Assembly (NCBI GenBank): GCA_964612055.1
Contig: CAZTBI010000001.1
Coordinates: 292,824 to 356,823 of the forward strand
Origin: an uncultured Bdellovibrionales bacterium
Lineage (GTDB): Bacteria > Patescibacteriota > Minisyncoccia > Moranbacterales > UBA1568
Length of the DNA stretch: 64,000 nt
Direction: 5' to 3'
Below are positions 9,642 to 17,935 of the stretch, in pieces (positions within the stretch are counted from its first letter, which is position 1; every line of letters begins with the position of its first letter). A program made the translations under genes and the position numbers. The notes under the pieces were generated by a model, which saw only the letters and a list, made by a program, of their open reading frames with translations, was not told the DNA's origin and searched no databases.

Positions 9642-10329
9642 TTACTTCTTGGCGGCGACCCTGGTCTGCGTGGCAGAGGTGATCCGCAGATAGGTCGGAG
9701 CCCACGCCACGGCCTGCTCGGGAGTGGCTGCCGTGATGACGCCCTGGTCCGACTTGCAGAGCAAGGTCACCATGTCCGTACGGCCGTTGGTGCTCTTGAA
9801 CAGGTAGCTCGCGTTCCCGGGATGCGAGATCCACAGGTGCTCACCACCGAGCTTGACGCCGTTCTTGGCGGGCACGAAGGTGAAGCCCGCGCAACCGCCC
9901 GGACCGCCGATCGAGACCGGGAGCGTGTACGATTCGGCGAGTGCCGTGTGGACACTCTTCGTTTCGTCGATCTTCCCGCCGTCGTCGAGCGCCCAGCCAG
10001 CCGAGCCCACGCCGGTCAGGTAGACCTGCGTGCCTTGGACGACTTCCTTGGGAGCGGACTTGAGATCCACCACCCAGACATCGCCCTTGCCCGACACATC
10101 CTTCTGGGACTTGACGCCGGGAACCTGGGGGTCCTGATTGAGGTACACGACCTTGACGCTGGTGAAGGTCAGTTCCGCCTTACCGGGCGCGATTTGCTTG
10201 ATGGACACCTGGGTGTCCATCCCGCTCCCGCCTTGCTCGGTGTTGAATTCGGCCATGGCCGAGGTCGCGGAGACGAGTGCCATCAGGGCGATGGCGGACA
10301 ATTTGCAAAAGGACTTCATGCGAACACTC
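9642..10329 (-). CDS. Secreted protein, function unknown (high-GC island gene 2)
   Basis: Start re-set to ATG 10329, preceded by GAGGAG (8 nt spacer). Signal peptide MKSFCKLSAIALMALVSATSAMA. The longer listed ORF (to 10481) lacks an RBS. Confidence 0.65.
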
Positions 10330-10452
10330 CTCAGGAGTTTTGGTTGGGTGATATGTGCCTGATATCGTACCCAACCGAGGTTGGGAAAGTTCAGGCACTT
10401 TTCAGAAAACCGTCCAATGCTCACCTCTTGCGAGATATTCACTGAACGATTC

Positions 10453-10481
10453 AATATACACCCAATTCTCTTTTTTGTCAA
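10453..10481 (-). promoter_or_regulatory. Near-consensus sigma70 promoter (TTGACA-17 nt-TATATT) for the 9642-10329 gene
   Basis: On the minus strand: TTGACAaaaaagagaattgggtgTATATT. -35 at 10476-10481, -10 at 10453-10458. Lies about 120 nt upstream of the ATG. Confidence 0.6.
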
Positions 10482-10519
10482 GTGGTTAAAATACCCCTTA
10501 TTTAGGCCAAAAATACCGT

Positions 10520-10561
10520 ATGAAAAAGACTAAGGGCAGGGGTTCCGTGGAACCTCTGCCC
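10520..10561 (-). terminator. Rho-independent terminator after the LysM gene
   Basis: 13-bp stem GGGCAGAGGTTCC-ACG-GAACCCCTGCCC followed by TTAGTCTTTTTC on the minus strand. Confidence 0.7.
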
Positions 10562-10566
10562 TATAA

Positions 10567-10586
10567 GTTATGTGCGACGATGTCGC
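10567..10586. promoter_or_regulatory. Terminator-adjacent motif TTATGTGCGAC-NN-TGTCGC (copy 2)
   Basis: GTTATGTGCGACGATGTCGC lies immediately next to the 10520-10561 terminator hairpin. Confidence 0.4.
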
Positions 10587-10738
10587 CTGACTTTTACTAC
10601 TCTCCATGAGCCGATACGTCGTTGTGCTATGCACATTGGCGCGTACCCTTTTTATAAGATCCTCTCCTTGCGGCGAGGTCTTTGACTCTTAATGAGTCAG
10701 ACTTTCATGAAAGAATTGTCTATCAGTTGTCAGCACCG

Positions 10739-12607
10739 CTACGGAATGGGCACCACGACAGTGCCGTCTTCCTCGAACGTTGCTCCAGCCTCTTGGAGGC
10801 TCTTGATCATCGCATTCCACCGTTCTTCCTGGACGTGGAGCTTGTAGTGACGCCCTGCGTCATACGTACAAGTTGCTCCAGGTGTCCGGCCGACGTCTGC
10901 AAAGTGCAGACCCGCTCCGCACCCCCACACCTTGTTGACAGTCCGGAGACCGACATAGGCATGGCCAGAGGGATCGTTCGGTGCCGTTTTATTGGCGCCG
11001 AGTTCGACAAACGGTTGCAACTTCGCTGCGAGACCTTCGTCGCCGAGGTTCTTTGAGAGGAACACCCGGCCACCGATACCCAGGACGTACTGATTGTCGG
11101 GAAGCAAGGACGAATCCAGTGCCTTCCCTTCGTAGCTATGCGACTTGCTCTGGTTGAGCGCATTGCAGTAGCTGCCCCAGATCTGCCACTCAGGGAGCAC
11201 CGTCTTGCCATCCTTTTCACGGGAGGCATCCGTATAGCTCACCGAAGCGCAAAGGAGCTCAGTGAAACGCCGCTGTTGGTAGTCGTTGCTGGCGTCATGG
11301 CCCCGCTCCCACAAACCGCCGATCATCGGGAACTTGATCCCCAAATCGCGGCGATTGTTGAACGAGAACTTCTGAGCCAGACCGAAGGCGCCGGTACGAC
11401 CACCGTAGACGTAACCATCAGATGTGCCACCTTCCCAGAGGCTGAAACTGCCACCAACGCCGAGTGCGTAGCGGCCCCACTGCGCGTACTTGAGGAACGG
11501 ATAGTAAGCCCCTTCGCCACCACCGTAACGGGTGTCCTTGTCACCGCCGGCGAAGAAACCAAGGTCCCAGTCGTCTTCGATGACAGCCGCTTCAGGTTCT
11601 TCCGGTTCCGCCTTCGGAACTTGTGGTTCGTCAGGAGTCGGAGTAACCGGCGGCGCTGAGGCTGCCGGAGGAGGCGACTCTTCACGTTGCGGGGGCGGCA
11701 GCTCCACTGGCTTTTCCGGCGGCTGCCAGGTAATCCAGTTGAAGCAGTTACGCATCCAAACGAGAGCATGACCCGACGGGAGCACGAAACGCTCGCCCAA
11801 AACCGGATCCTTCAGCGTCGATTCGTCCCACACGGTACGCATGGGGCCGATGGCTACAGCACTGCCCTTGTGGCAGAACGTCACCTGTTCGATGCGCGTA
11901 CCGGTACGAATATCCACCCGACCCTCTTCGGTCGTGATGTTGATCCGTGGACCGGTGTGGCCAATGCGTTGACGCAGGTACGCTTTGTCCTCTTCCGAGA
12001 GACCAAGTGCCACCCAAGCCTCTTCATTGATGACATCGATGCTCTTCTTGCCGCAGCCATTGAGCGGTGCACTGCCCACGACACGGTAAGGAATTTCTCC
12101 CTCCACCTTTTCGAGAGCCGGCGCTGCCACCTTGGCCTTGGGAGCCTTGGGCGACACAGTAGCGATCTGGGGCTTGGTCTTGTGAACTGTACCCAGCTTG
12201 ATGACTTGACCAATCGTGATCACGTGGCAGTTCGAGAGATCGTTGTAGGCGCAAAGCCCACGCCAATCGTACCCGAACCGCTCGCCGATCTTGCTCAGCG
12301 TTTCGCCTGCTGTCTTGACCGTGTGCGTCTTCGGCTGCGAAGCTACCTGCGCTTGGTGAATGTCACCAGTCGCCAGCACCGAAGCTTGAATAGCTGGTGC
12401 TGGAGCAGACGCAGGAACGTGAGCTCGCGGCGCCGAAGCGACACGAGCGGGAACGGGTTGCGCGAGCGGAACCTGGACCCCTTGCAGGGAGAGTTCCGGA
12501 CCCGTGTACTGCCGCCACTTCTGCTGGATCGGCTCTTGGTAGAGCCAACCAGCAGCAAGGATCACGACGAGGGCGATGATGCCCCAGCCGAGCATTCTTG
12601 CGTTCAT
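10739..12607 (-). CDS. LysM domain-containing membrane-anchored protein with Pro-rich linker and large uncharacterised C-terminal domain (island gene 3)
   Basis: Start set at ATG 12607 (MNARMLGWGIIALVVILAAGW, TM), preceded by AAAGGA. LysM signature HTVKTAGETLSKIGERFGYDWRGLCAYNDL...IGQVIKLG. PPxP-rich linker. The Gly/aromatic-rich C-terminal domain of about 280 aa has no recognised motif. Confidence 0.7.
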   Translation of the reverse strand: MNARMLGWGIIALVVILAAGWLYQEPIQQKWRQYTGPELSLQGVQVPLAQPVPARVASAPRAHVPASAPAPAIQASVLATGDIHQAQVASQPKTHTVKTAGETLSKIGERFGYDWRGLCAYNDLSNCHVITIGQVIKLGTVHKTKPQIATVSPKAPKAKVAAPALEKVEGEIPYRVVGSAPLNGCGKKSIDVINEEAWVALGLSEEDKAYLRQRIGHTGPRINITTEEGRVDIRTGTRIEQVTFCHKGSAVAIGPMRTVWDESTLKDPVLGERFVLPSGHALVWMRNCFNWITWQPPEKPVELPPPQREESPPPAASAPPVTPTPDEPQVPKAEPEEPEAAVIEDDWDLGFFAGGDKDTRYGGGEGAYYPFLKYAQWGRYALGVGGSFSLWEGGTSDGYVYGGRTGAFGLAQKFSFNNRRDLGIKFPMIGGLWERGHDASNDYQQRRFTELLCASVSYTDASREKDGKTVLPEWQIWGSYCNALNQSKSHSYEGKALDSSLLPDNQYVLGIGGRVFLSKNLGDEGLAAKLQPFVELGANKTAPNDPSGHAYVGLRTVNKVWGCGAGLHFADVGRTPGATCTYDAGRHYKLHVQEERWNAMIKSLQEAGATFEEDGTVVVPIP

Positions 12608-12627
12608 GGGAATTCCTTTCCATAGGT

Positions 12628-13779
12628 TTAGGGTGGGCTGCTTGAGGGAAGCAGCCCGGATTGGACTACTTCTTCTTGCACAGCACCACCTTTCTTGCCG
12701 TTGGTGCGGAATGACAGACGCTCTTTCAATCGATTGAGCTCTTGCCACAGTTCACGAATGCGCGGAGCAAGCCCCTCGCCAATCTCCCATCCGGACTTAC
12801 GTCCATCGAAATCAAGGTTGAAAGGGGTGTCGTCGGAGGACGGAATCCCCAGACGCGTTTCGTGCTCGCGACGCTGCATGTTGTAATCACGCAGGTAGCG
12901 CTTCAGGGCCACTTCTGCCTCCGGTGCCGAGTACTGCCGTTCCCCGAAAGGACCGGTATAGCGTTCGTCACTGGCGTTGTAGAGGGCCATACCGAGCGAG
13001 ACCGCCGTCCCTGGCCCCGGAGGGACAGAAAACGGCAATCCACGTTCAGCTGCGCGCTCTTTCAGAGTTACTTGACGCAGATCACCCACCACACGCGGAT
13101 TGAGCGCCATCGAGTGAAGGGAATACACCTCATCGACACTTGGACGTGCCGATGTGGCGAAATCCTTCCGGATACGAGCCAGAAGCCGAGCTCCTGCACC
13201 AGTCTCCTTTATCTCGACAGTCCGAGCCTTGGAAGGGAACATGCGAACGAATTCACCGTTCACCATTTCCAAACACCCTTTCCCGGGAAACAGCCGAAGC
13301 ATGTCACCGGAAACGGTCAGGAGCTTGGTGTGCGCACCCGAAAGTACATACACATTGAGCTCCTGACCGTCCCGCACTGATGGATCCGTGATGAGCACGG
13401 TCAGTACGGGAAAGGTGAGCGGGTTTTCCATGACAGCAGGAAAGAATCGCTTCTCCCCCGTGCGCTCATTTACCACGATCGCCTGCCATCCGTAACGCGG
13501 GTACTGATCGGGAGAGCGAGTATCCTCGCCCTCCACGAACCAACCCAACGTATCTCCAACCCACTCGGCTGGAATTTTGATCTGCACCACCCTGGCCTTG
13601 GTAAGAGACCGGGTATTGACACCGGAAAGCGCAAGCGCCTTCCAGCTTTGAGGCAGCTGACAGACATCCTCACCCGAGATATGACTCGCGGGCAATTTGT
13701 CGTCAGCGAACTGTCGGTTCGTGGCACAGCCTGCAAAGGCCACACACACGATCCAGATGACAAGCATACGAAGAATCAT
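12628..13779 (-). CDS. Lipoprotein, function unknown (island gene 4; likely co-transcribed with the LysM gene)
   Basis: 383 aa. Lipobox VAFAGCA. A 20-nt gap separates it from the next gene. About 60% GC. Confidence 0.65.
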   Translation of the reverse strand: MILRMLVIWIVCVAFAGCATNRQFADDKLPASHISGEDVCQLPQSWKALALSGVNTRSLTKARVVQIKIPAEWVGDTLGWFVEGEDTRSPDQYPRYGWQAIVVNERTGEKRFFPAVMENPLTFPVLTVLITDPSVRDGQELNVYVLSGAHTKLLTVSGDMLRLFPGKGCLEMVNGEFVRMFPSKARTVEIKETGAGARLLARIRKDFATSARPSVDEVYSLHSMALNPRVVGDLRQVTLKERAAERGLPFSVPPGPGTAVSLGMALYNASDERYTGPFGERQYSAPEAEVALKRYLRDYNMQRREHETRLGIPSSDDTPFNLDFDGRKSGWEIGEGLAPRIRELWQELNRLKERLSFRTNGKKGGAVQEEVVQSGLLPSSSPP

Positions 13780-13917
13780 GATGAGACCTCACTTTGAAGT
13801 TGCGAAATTGTCAAAGACCTAGCAATCGAAACGATCCTAGGAAGAAAGCAGTGATGACGATAACGCCGCACCGCTCTCTTCCCAGGAGACTTGGAGACCC
13901 AAGTCAGGGAGAGATAT

Positions 13918-14580
13918 TTATCGCAACATCTCATTCAAAGGAACTTCTTCATTTCTCGAACTCTTGTAGGTTGATTCGTATTTCACTACTACTGCAAAGG
14001 CGGCCAGGAAAAATCCAGCAATGAATGCCATGGCTACTACTTTCAGAATTTTTGTCAGTCCAGGATTTTGTTCGAGGATCGGGCCAGAAAGCACACGAAT
14101 CTCAACGCTCTTTTCATCACCACCACGGAAAAGCACATTCTTCTCGGTCAGTACCTGAGCGATACCTTCCATGACACGGGCGACATCGCGTTCGCGCTCA
14201 CCCTTCACAGTGACACTCAAGATACCAAGTTCGAGATTCTTCTCGACGGTGACCATCTTTGACCAGGCAGCCAAACGCTGACTCTTATCAAACGGTAAGA
14301 ATTCTTTGTTCACCTTCCCGGTTTCCACCAAGGCATCAACAAAGCGATCACTGTAGACGGCCTCACTCAAAATCTTTCCAAGATACTCAGAAGATTTGAA
14401 CTGCGTGTAGAAATCCTGGTTCGAGGCATTTGCCTGCACCACCAAAAAATCCATCTTGGTCTGAAACGGTTTTTCCGTCACCATGAGACCAAAAAATCCC
14501 AAGACACCAAAAAGGAGTCCCGTAAGAATGAGAGCACCCATCTTTGACCGCAGCAGCGCGAAGAGATACTGATTTCCCAT
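13918..14580 (-). CDS. Polysaccharide co-polymerase / chain-length determinant (Wzz/CapA/CpsC-like, PCP)
   Basis: 220 aa. TM1 near the N-terminus (ALILTGLLFGVLGFFGLMV) and TM2 near the C-terminus (VVAMAFIAGFFLAAFAVVV) flank an extracytoplasmic domain. Confidence 0.65.
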   Translation of the reverse strand: MGNQYLFALLRSKMGALILTGLLFGVLGFFGLMVTEKPFQTKMDFLVVQANASNQDFYTQFKSSEYLGKILSEAVYSDRFVDALVETGKVNKEFLPFDKSQRLAAWSKMVTVEKNLELGILSVTVKGERERDVARVMEGIAQVLTEKNVLFRGGDEKSVEIRVLSGPILEQNPGLTKILKVVAMAFIAGFFLAAFAVVVKYESTYKSSRNEEVPLNEMLR

Positions 14581-14651
14581 ACGTAAGTAATACTATTTAT
14601 GAACCTTATATATTACCAAAAAATAAGGGAAATGTCAATAGCCAAGGAGAA

Positions 14652-14690
14652 AGAGAAAAACCACAGCCTCAAATCAGGGAACTGTGGCTT
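14652..14690 (-). terminator. Rho-independent terminator after rseP
   Basis: CCACAGCCTC...GGGAACTGTGG hairpin with a T-tract on the minus strand. Confidence 0.6.
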
Positions 14691-14717
14691 TTCTAAGCCT
14701 TTTTACCGAATCCTTCT

Positions 14718-15866
14718 CTAAAAAATCCGGCTGATCTTTTCCAGAATCTGGAATTGGGCGAAATCACGAACGGTGACGAAGAGCATGAGAAGCAAAAGGA
14801 GGATAAAACCGATCTGATGGATCATCCCCTCTACCCTGTGACTCACTGGCGAACCTTTCAACTTCTCAATCAAGATAAAAAGAATACGGCCACCATCGAG
14901 CGCGGGAATCGGCAGGATGTTTATGATACCAAGATTGATAGAAAGAAGCGCGGCAAATTGAAGCAGATACGGCAACCCGAGATCACTCATCTGCTTCGTC
15001 AGATAGACAATACCCACTGGTCCAGTGACATCAAGCGGTGTCTTTTCGGCACCGAAAAGTGAGGCAATCATCTTGCCAAAAGCTTCGAAAATGGCCATCG
15101 TAATACTGTAGGTCGTCGTCGCACCACGATAGATGGCTTCGTACCATGGATAGGAAACCACCGCTGTTTCAGAGAAAGAAATACCAAGCGCCCCTTGATT
15201 GGCTGGAGATTCTTTGCGCGGCGTACCGGAGAGTGTCAATTTTTCTCCAAAGCGATCTATACTGACGGTAATAACCTCTCCTTTGTGGGTAGAAATCTCT
15301 CCAGAAACCTGATCAAGGGCTGTCATTTCTTTCCCATTGATGGCAACAATTTCATCCCCCATCTTGAGTCCCATGACTTCAGCAGGCGAACCCTTGGTGA
15401 TATCGAGAATCTGAATCTTGGCATTTGGATACTTGCCGTGCTCGCTTTGTTCGATCGGCTGTGGCAACCCCAGCATGAAGACTATGGAAATAAGGAACCA
15501 GGCGAAAAGGAAGTTCATAAACACTCCCGCCGCCAGCACCTTGATACGGGTCCAGGCAGACTTACTCGCGAAACTCTGTGGATCACTGGTATCATGTCCA
15601 TCCTCACCGGCAATCTTCACAAAACCACCAAGCGGAATCCAATTGAGCGAATAAACGGTCTGACCGCTCGGCATATCTTTGCTCCCCCACACGATACGGT
15701 ACTTTCCGGAAGCCTCATCTTTCACGAAACCAAAGAGTCTCGGTGGAAAACCGAAACCAAACTCGTCTACCCGGATACCATTACGCTTAGCAGTCAGGAA
15801 ATGCCCCAACTCATGAACAAAGACGAGAAGCCCGAGAATGATGACAAATATGAGGATAGTCAACAT
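14718..15866 (-). CDS. rseP: RIP zinc metalloprotease RseP (site-2 protease, M50)
   Basis: HELGHF zinc motif, PDZ domain, LDGG motif, multi-TM. Confidence 0.9.
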   Translation of the reverse strand: MLTILIFVIILGLLVFVHELGHFLTAKRNGIRVDEFGFGFPPRLFGFVKDEASGKYRIVWGSKDMPSGQTVYSLNWIPLGGFVKIAGEDGHDTSDPQSFASKSAWTRIKVLAAGVFMNFLFAWFLISIVFMLGLPQPIEQSEHGKYPNAKIQILDITKGSPAEVMGLKMGDEIVAINGKEMTALDQVSGEISTHKGEVITVSIDRFGEKLTLSGTPRKESPANQGALGISFSETAVVSYPWYEAIYRGATTTYSITMAIFEAFGKMIASLFGAEKTPLDVTGPVGIVYLTKQMSDLGLPYLLQFAALLSINLGIINILPIPALDGGRILFILIEKLKGSPVSHRVEGMIHQIGFILLLLLMLFVTVRDFAQFQILEKISRIF

Positions 15867-15880
15867 AGAGAGTGCAGTAA

Positions 15881-16438
15881 TTAGACAGTAAGTATTTCTT
15901 CCTCTTTTTTCTTGCGCGCAGTTTCGAGCTTCTGATTGTATTCATCGACAACTTTCTGAAGTTCATCCTTACCAGAAAACTTGTCATCCTCCGAAATCTC
16001 TCCAGACTTTTCAAAATCCTGAATATCTTTCCAAATTTCTTCGCGGACATTACGGACAGCGATACGGGCTTCCTCGGCCCGTTGATTGAGTGATTTCACG
16101 AGATTTTTGCGTGTTTCTTCCGTCAAAGCTGGCAGCGTAATTCGGAGTGCCTGGCCATCATTACCAGGATTGAGCCCTAAATCTGACTCACGAAGCGCGG
16201 CTTCAATCAAAACAAGGCTCGCCTTGTCCCATGGTTGAATCAAAATCTGACGCGCTTCAGGGATATTGATATTCGCAATCTGACGAAGCGGTGTCCTGGT
16301 ACCGTAATAATCAACCATGAGATTCTCTACCAACGCCGGATGAGCCCGACCAGTACGAATTTTGACCGCTTCACTCGCAAAATGCTCTACCGCATTTTCA
16401 AAACTCTGTTTTTTCTCTTCAATCAGTTCTTTTATCAT
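15881..16438 (-). CDS. frr: Ribosome recycling factor
   Basis: 185 aa. Full-length RRF-like sequence (conserved RTGRA.P..L..L.VDYYG region). Confidence 0.95.
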   Translation of the reverse strand: MIKELIEEKKQSFENAVEHFASEAVKIRTGRAHPALVENLMVDYYGTRTPLRQIANINIPEARQILIQPWDKASLVLIEAALRESDLGLNPGNDGQALRITLPALTEETRKNLVKSLNQRAEEARIAVRNVREEIWKDIQDFEKSGEISEDDKFSGKDELQKVVDEYNQKLETARKKKEEEILTV

Positions 16439-16477
16439 ACGTCTTTATGGGTAATAAATAGGGATTTACAAGGGTTT

Positions 16478-17581
16478 TTAGAATTTTCGGAGTCCAAAAT
16501 AAATGATCTCGGAGGCATTTGGGGTGTACTCGATGACACTGACACCACGATCTATTTTGAGCTGTATCGTAGACCAAGTCATTCCCCTATCAATAGATTT
16601 GTAAAAGGCACTGCCCGAGACATAAATGACTTCGGCAGAGTTCTTTGGGCTGATGGCCACAGAACGGATAGGGAACTTGCGAGAACTTTCTATGATCGGA
16701 AGAGCCTGCCAAGACTCACCGTAGTTATCACTTTTGAAAAGACCATTGCTTCCCCCAGCATAGAGCAGTCCCGGACGACTCGGATCAGCAACCAGCGTCG
16801 TGATACCGCTTGGTTGTAGAGCTGTCAGATCAACGGCCGTACCCGTCTGAGAGCTACTTGATGCATTCGCACTGAGGCTCGCGTAATCATTCCAAGTGCC
16901 TCCCCCATCTGAACTCATAATTGTCCCTTTACTAAAAATGAGAAAGGTAACCGTCGCTGGGAGTCCAGGATGAAAGACGAGATCTGTTATTGGGCCCTTG
17001 GCCACAAAAACATTCTTCCATGTTTCGCCACCATCCATACTCTTGATGATGACCCCAGCACTGGTACCAGCATAGATAGTACTCGGCACATCCGGGCTCG
17101 ATCCCAAAGCTGTAATAACCGTTCCCGCTCCAGGTTCGGTATAGACTTCCTTCCACTCTTTTCCTCCATCTTCGGAACGGTAAACCTTACCCACATCACT
17201 GATGACACCACTCGCATACACCAAATTCGCATTGGAACGATCGATGGTCAGTCCATAGATCTTGGTCGGCGGAAAAACGAGCTTCTCCCAGTGCTCCGCT
17301 CCATCGATCGTTTTGAAAAGACCACTCCCTAGTGTCCCCATGTATATCACCTGCTGATCACTGGGGCTAAAAACAAAATTAAGAACGTCAGCGGAAGTAA
17401 TTTTCTGTTCAGCGCCATCAACGGTAACTACTACCTTTGAAGAAAAGGTTTCTCCGCTGTCAGAAGACTTCCAGACACTTCCACCGCCCGTAGACGCCCC
17501 CGGTACCGCAACCGGCAGTTTCACCGTGCAGCCAGAAAGAAGCATCGAAAAAGCAACTATTGCCAAAACTTTCTTTCCCAT
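16478..17581 (-). CDS. BNR/Asp-box repeat beta-propeller lipoprotein (sialidase/Ycf48-like fold)
   Basis: Lipobox LLSGC. At least six SxDxGxTW Asp-box motifs (SSDSGETF, SEDGGKEW, SMDGGETW, SSDGGGTW, SDNYGESW, SIDRGMTW). Confidence 0.7.
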   Translation of the reverse strand: MGKKVLAIVAFSMLLSGCTVKLPVAVPGASTGGGSVWKSSDSGETFSSKVVVTVDGAEQKITSADVLNFVFSPSDQQVIYMGTLGSGLFKTIDGAEHWEKLVFPPTKIYGLTIDRSNANLVYASGVISDVGKVYRSEDGGKEWKEVYTEPGAGTVITALGSSPDVPSTIYAGTSAGVIIKSMDGGETWKNVFVAKGPITDLVFHPGLPATVTFLIFSKGTIMSSDGGGTWNDYASLSANASSSSQTGTAVDLTALQPSGITTLVADPSRPGLLYAGGSNGLFKSDNYGESWQALPIIESSRKFPIRSVAISPKNSAEVIYVSGSAFYKSIDRGMTWSTIQLKIDRGVSVIEYTPNASEIIYFGLRKF

Positions 17582-17590
17582 AATTTTTCA

Positions 17591-17676
17591 TTATTACCAA
17601 GCGAAGCGAGTGAAACGAAAGTTTATTTTCGTTTCCGAGCGAGTGCTGGTAAAATCAGATGAATACCTGTTATTCT
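17591..17676 (+). repeat. Structured repeat family B, copy B2 (candidate small RNA; followed by terminator 17712-17746)
   Basis: Aligns with B1 (reverse complement) and B3. Hairpin GAAACGAAA-GTTTATT-TTTCGTTTC flanked by a GAGTG direct repeat. Second hairpin CAGAT-GAA-TACCTG. Confidence 0.7.
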
Positions 17677-17711
17677 TTGCTCAGTATAGCAGAAAAAGCT
17701 CCTCCAGAAAA

Positions 17712-17746
17712 GAAAAAGAACCCCTTTTAAAGGGGTTCTTTTTTGG
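17712..17746. terminator. Bidirectional rho-independent terminator
   Basis: AAAAAGAACCCCTTT-TAAAGGGGTTCTTTTTT. A perfect hairpin with A/T tracts on both sides. Confidence 0.8.
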
Positions 17747-17761
17747 GAGCTCTATTATCTT

Positions 17762-17837
17762 TGGTGGGTGCGGGGGGAATCGAACCCTCGACCGTTGGCT
17801 TAAAAGGCCACTGCTCTACCGACTGAGCTACGCACCC
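17762..17837 (-). tRNA. tRNA-Lys (anticodon UUU), CCA encoded
   Basis: Reverse complement GGGTGCGTAGCTCAGTCGGTAGAGCAGTGGCCTTTTAAGCCAACGGTCGAGGGTTCGATTCCCCCCGCACCCACCA folds as a cloverleaf. D-arm GCTC/GAGC. T-loop TTCGATT. Anticodon loop CTTTTAA. One mismatch each in the anticodon and T stems. Confidence 0.75.
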
Positions 17838-17935
17838 AAATTCAATCAACAGACAACATTAAACAGTTAACAGGAAAACAAGGAAAAAATCAAGCCGTTC
17901 AGCCAAAACCATGGCTTTCCGCTGCTTATAAGCTA

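Noticed and set aside
9540-10445. 301-aa plus-strand ORF (and 11687-12625 +, 9013-9531 -, 11138-11659 +) inside the high-GC island
   Set aside because: These are shadow ORFs. They lie antisense to or frame-shifted from convincing exported-protein genes. Long stop-free frames are expected at 60% GC. They have no RBS and no sensible N-termini.
10330-10481. N-terminal extension of the 9642-10481 ORF (MTKKRIGCILNRS...)
   Set aside because: The extension has no RBS and includes the mapped promoter hexamers. The internal ATG at 10329 has GAGGAG-8 nt spacing and begins a canonical signal peptide.
8908-13917. Prophage or integrative element interpretation of the high-GC island
   Set aside because: There is no integrase, recombinase, transposase, phage structural gene or flanking direct repeat. 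The island does not adjoin a tRNA gene. I kept only the HGT-island or chimera interpretation.
17526-17870. 114-aa plus-strand ORF covering repeat B2, the terminator and tRNA-Lys (and similar 57398-57634 ORF over B3)
   Set aside because: The peptide similarity between the two (FIFVSERVLVKSDEYLLF versus FTFVSERVPVKSGECLLF) simply reflects the shared nucleotide repeat. The ORF runs through a terminator hairpin and a tRNA gene.
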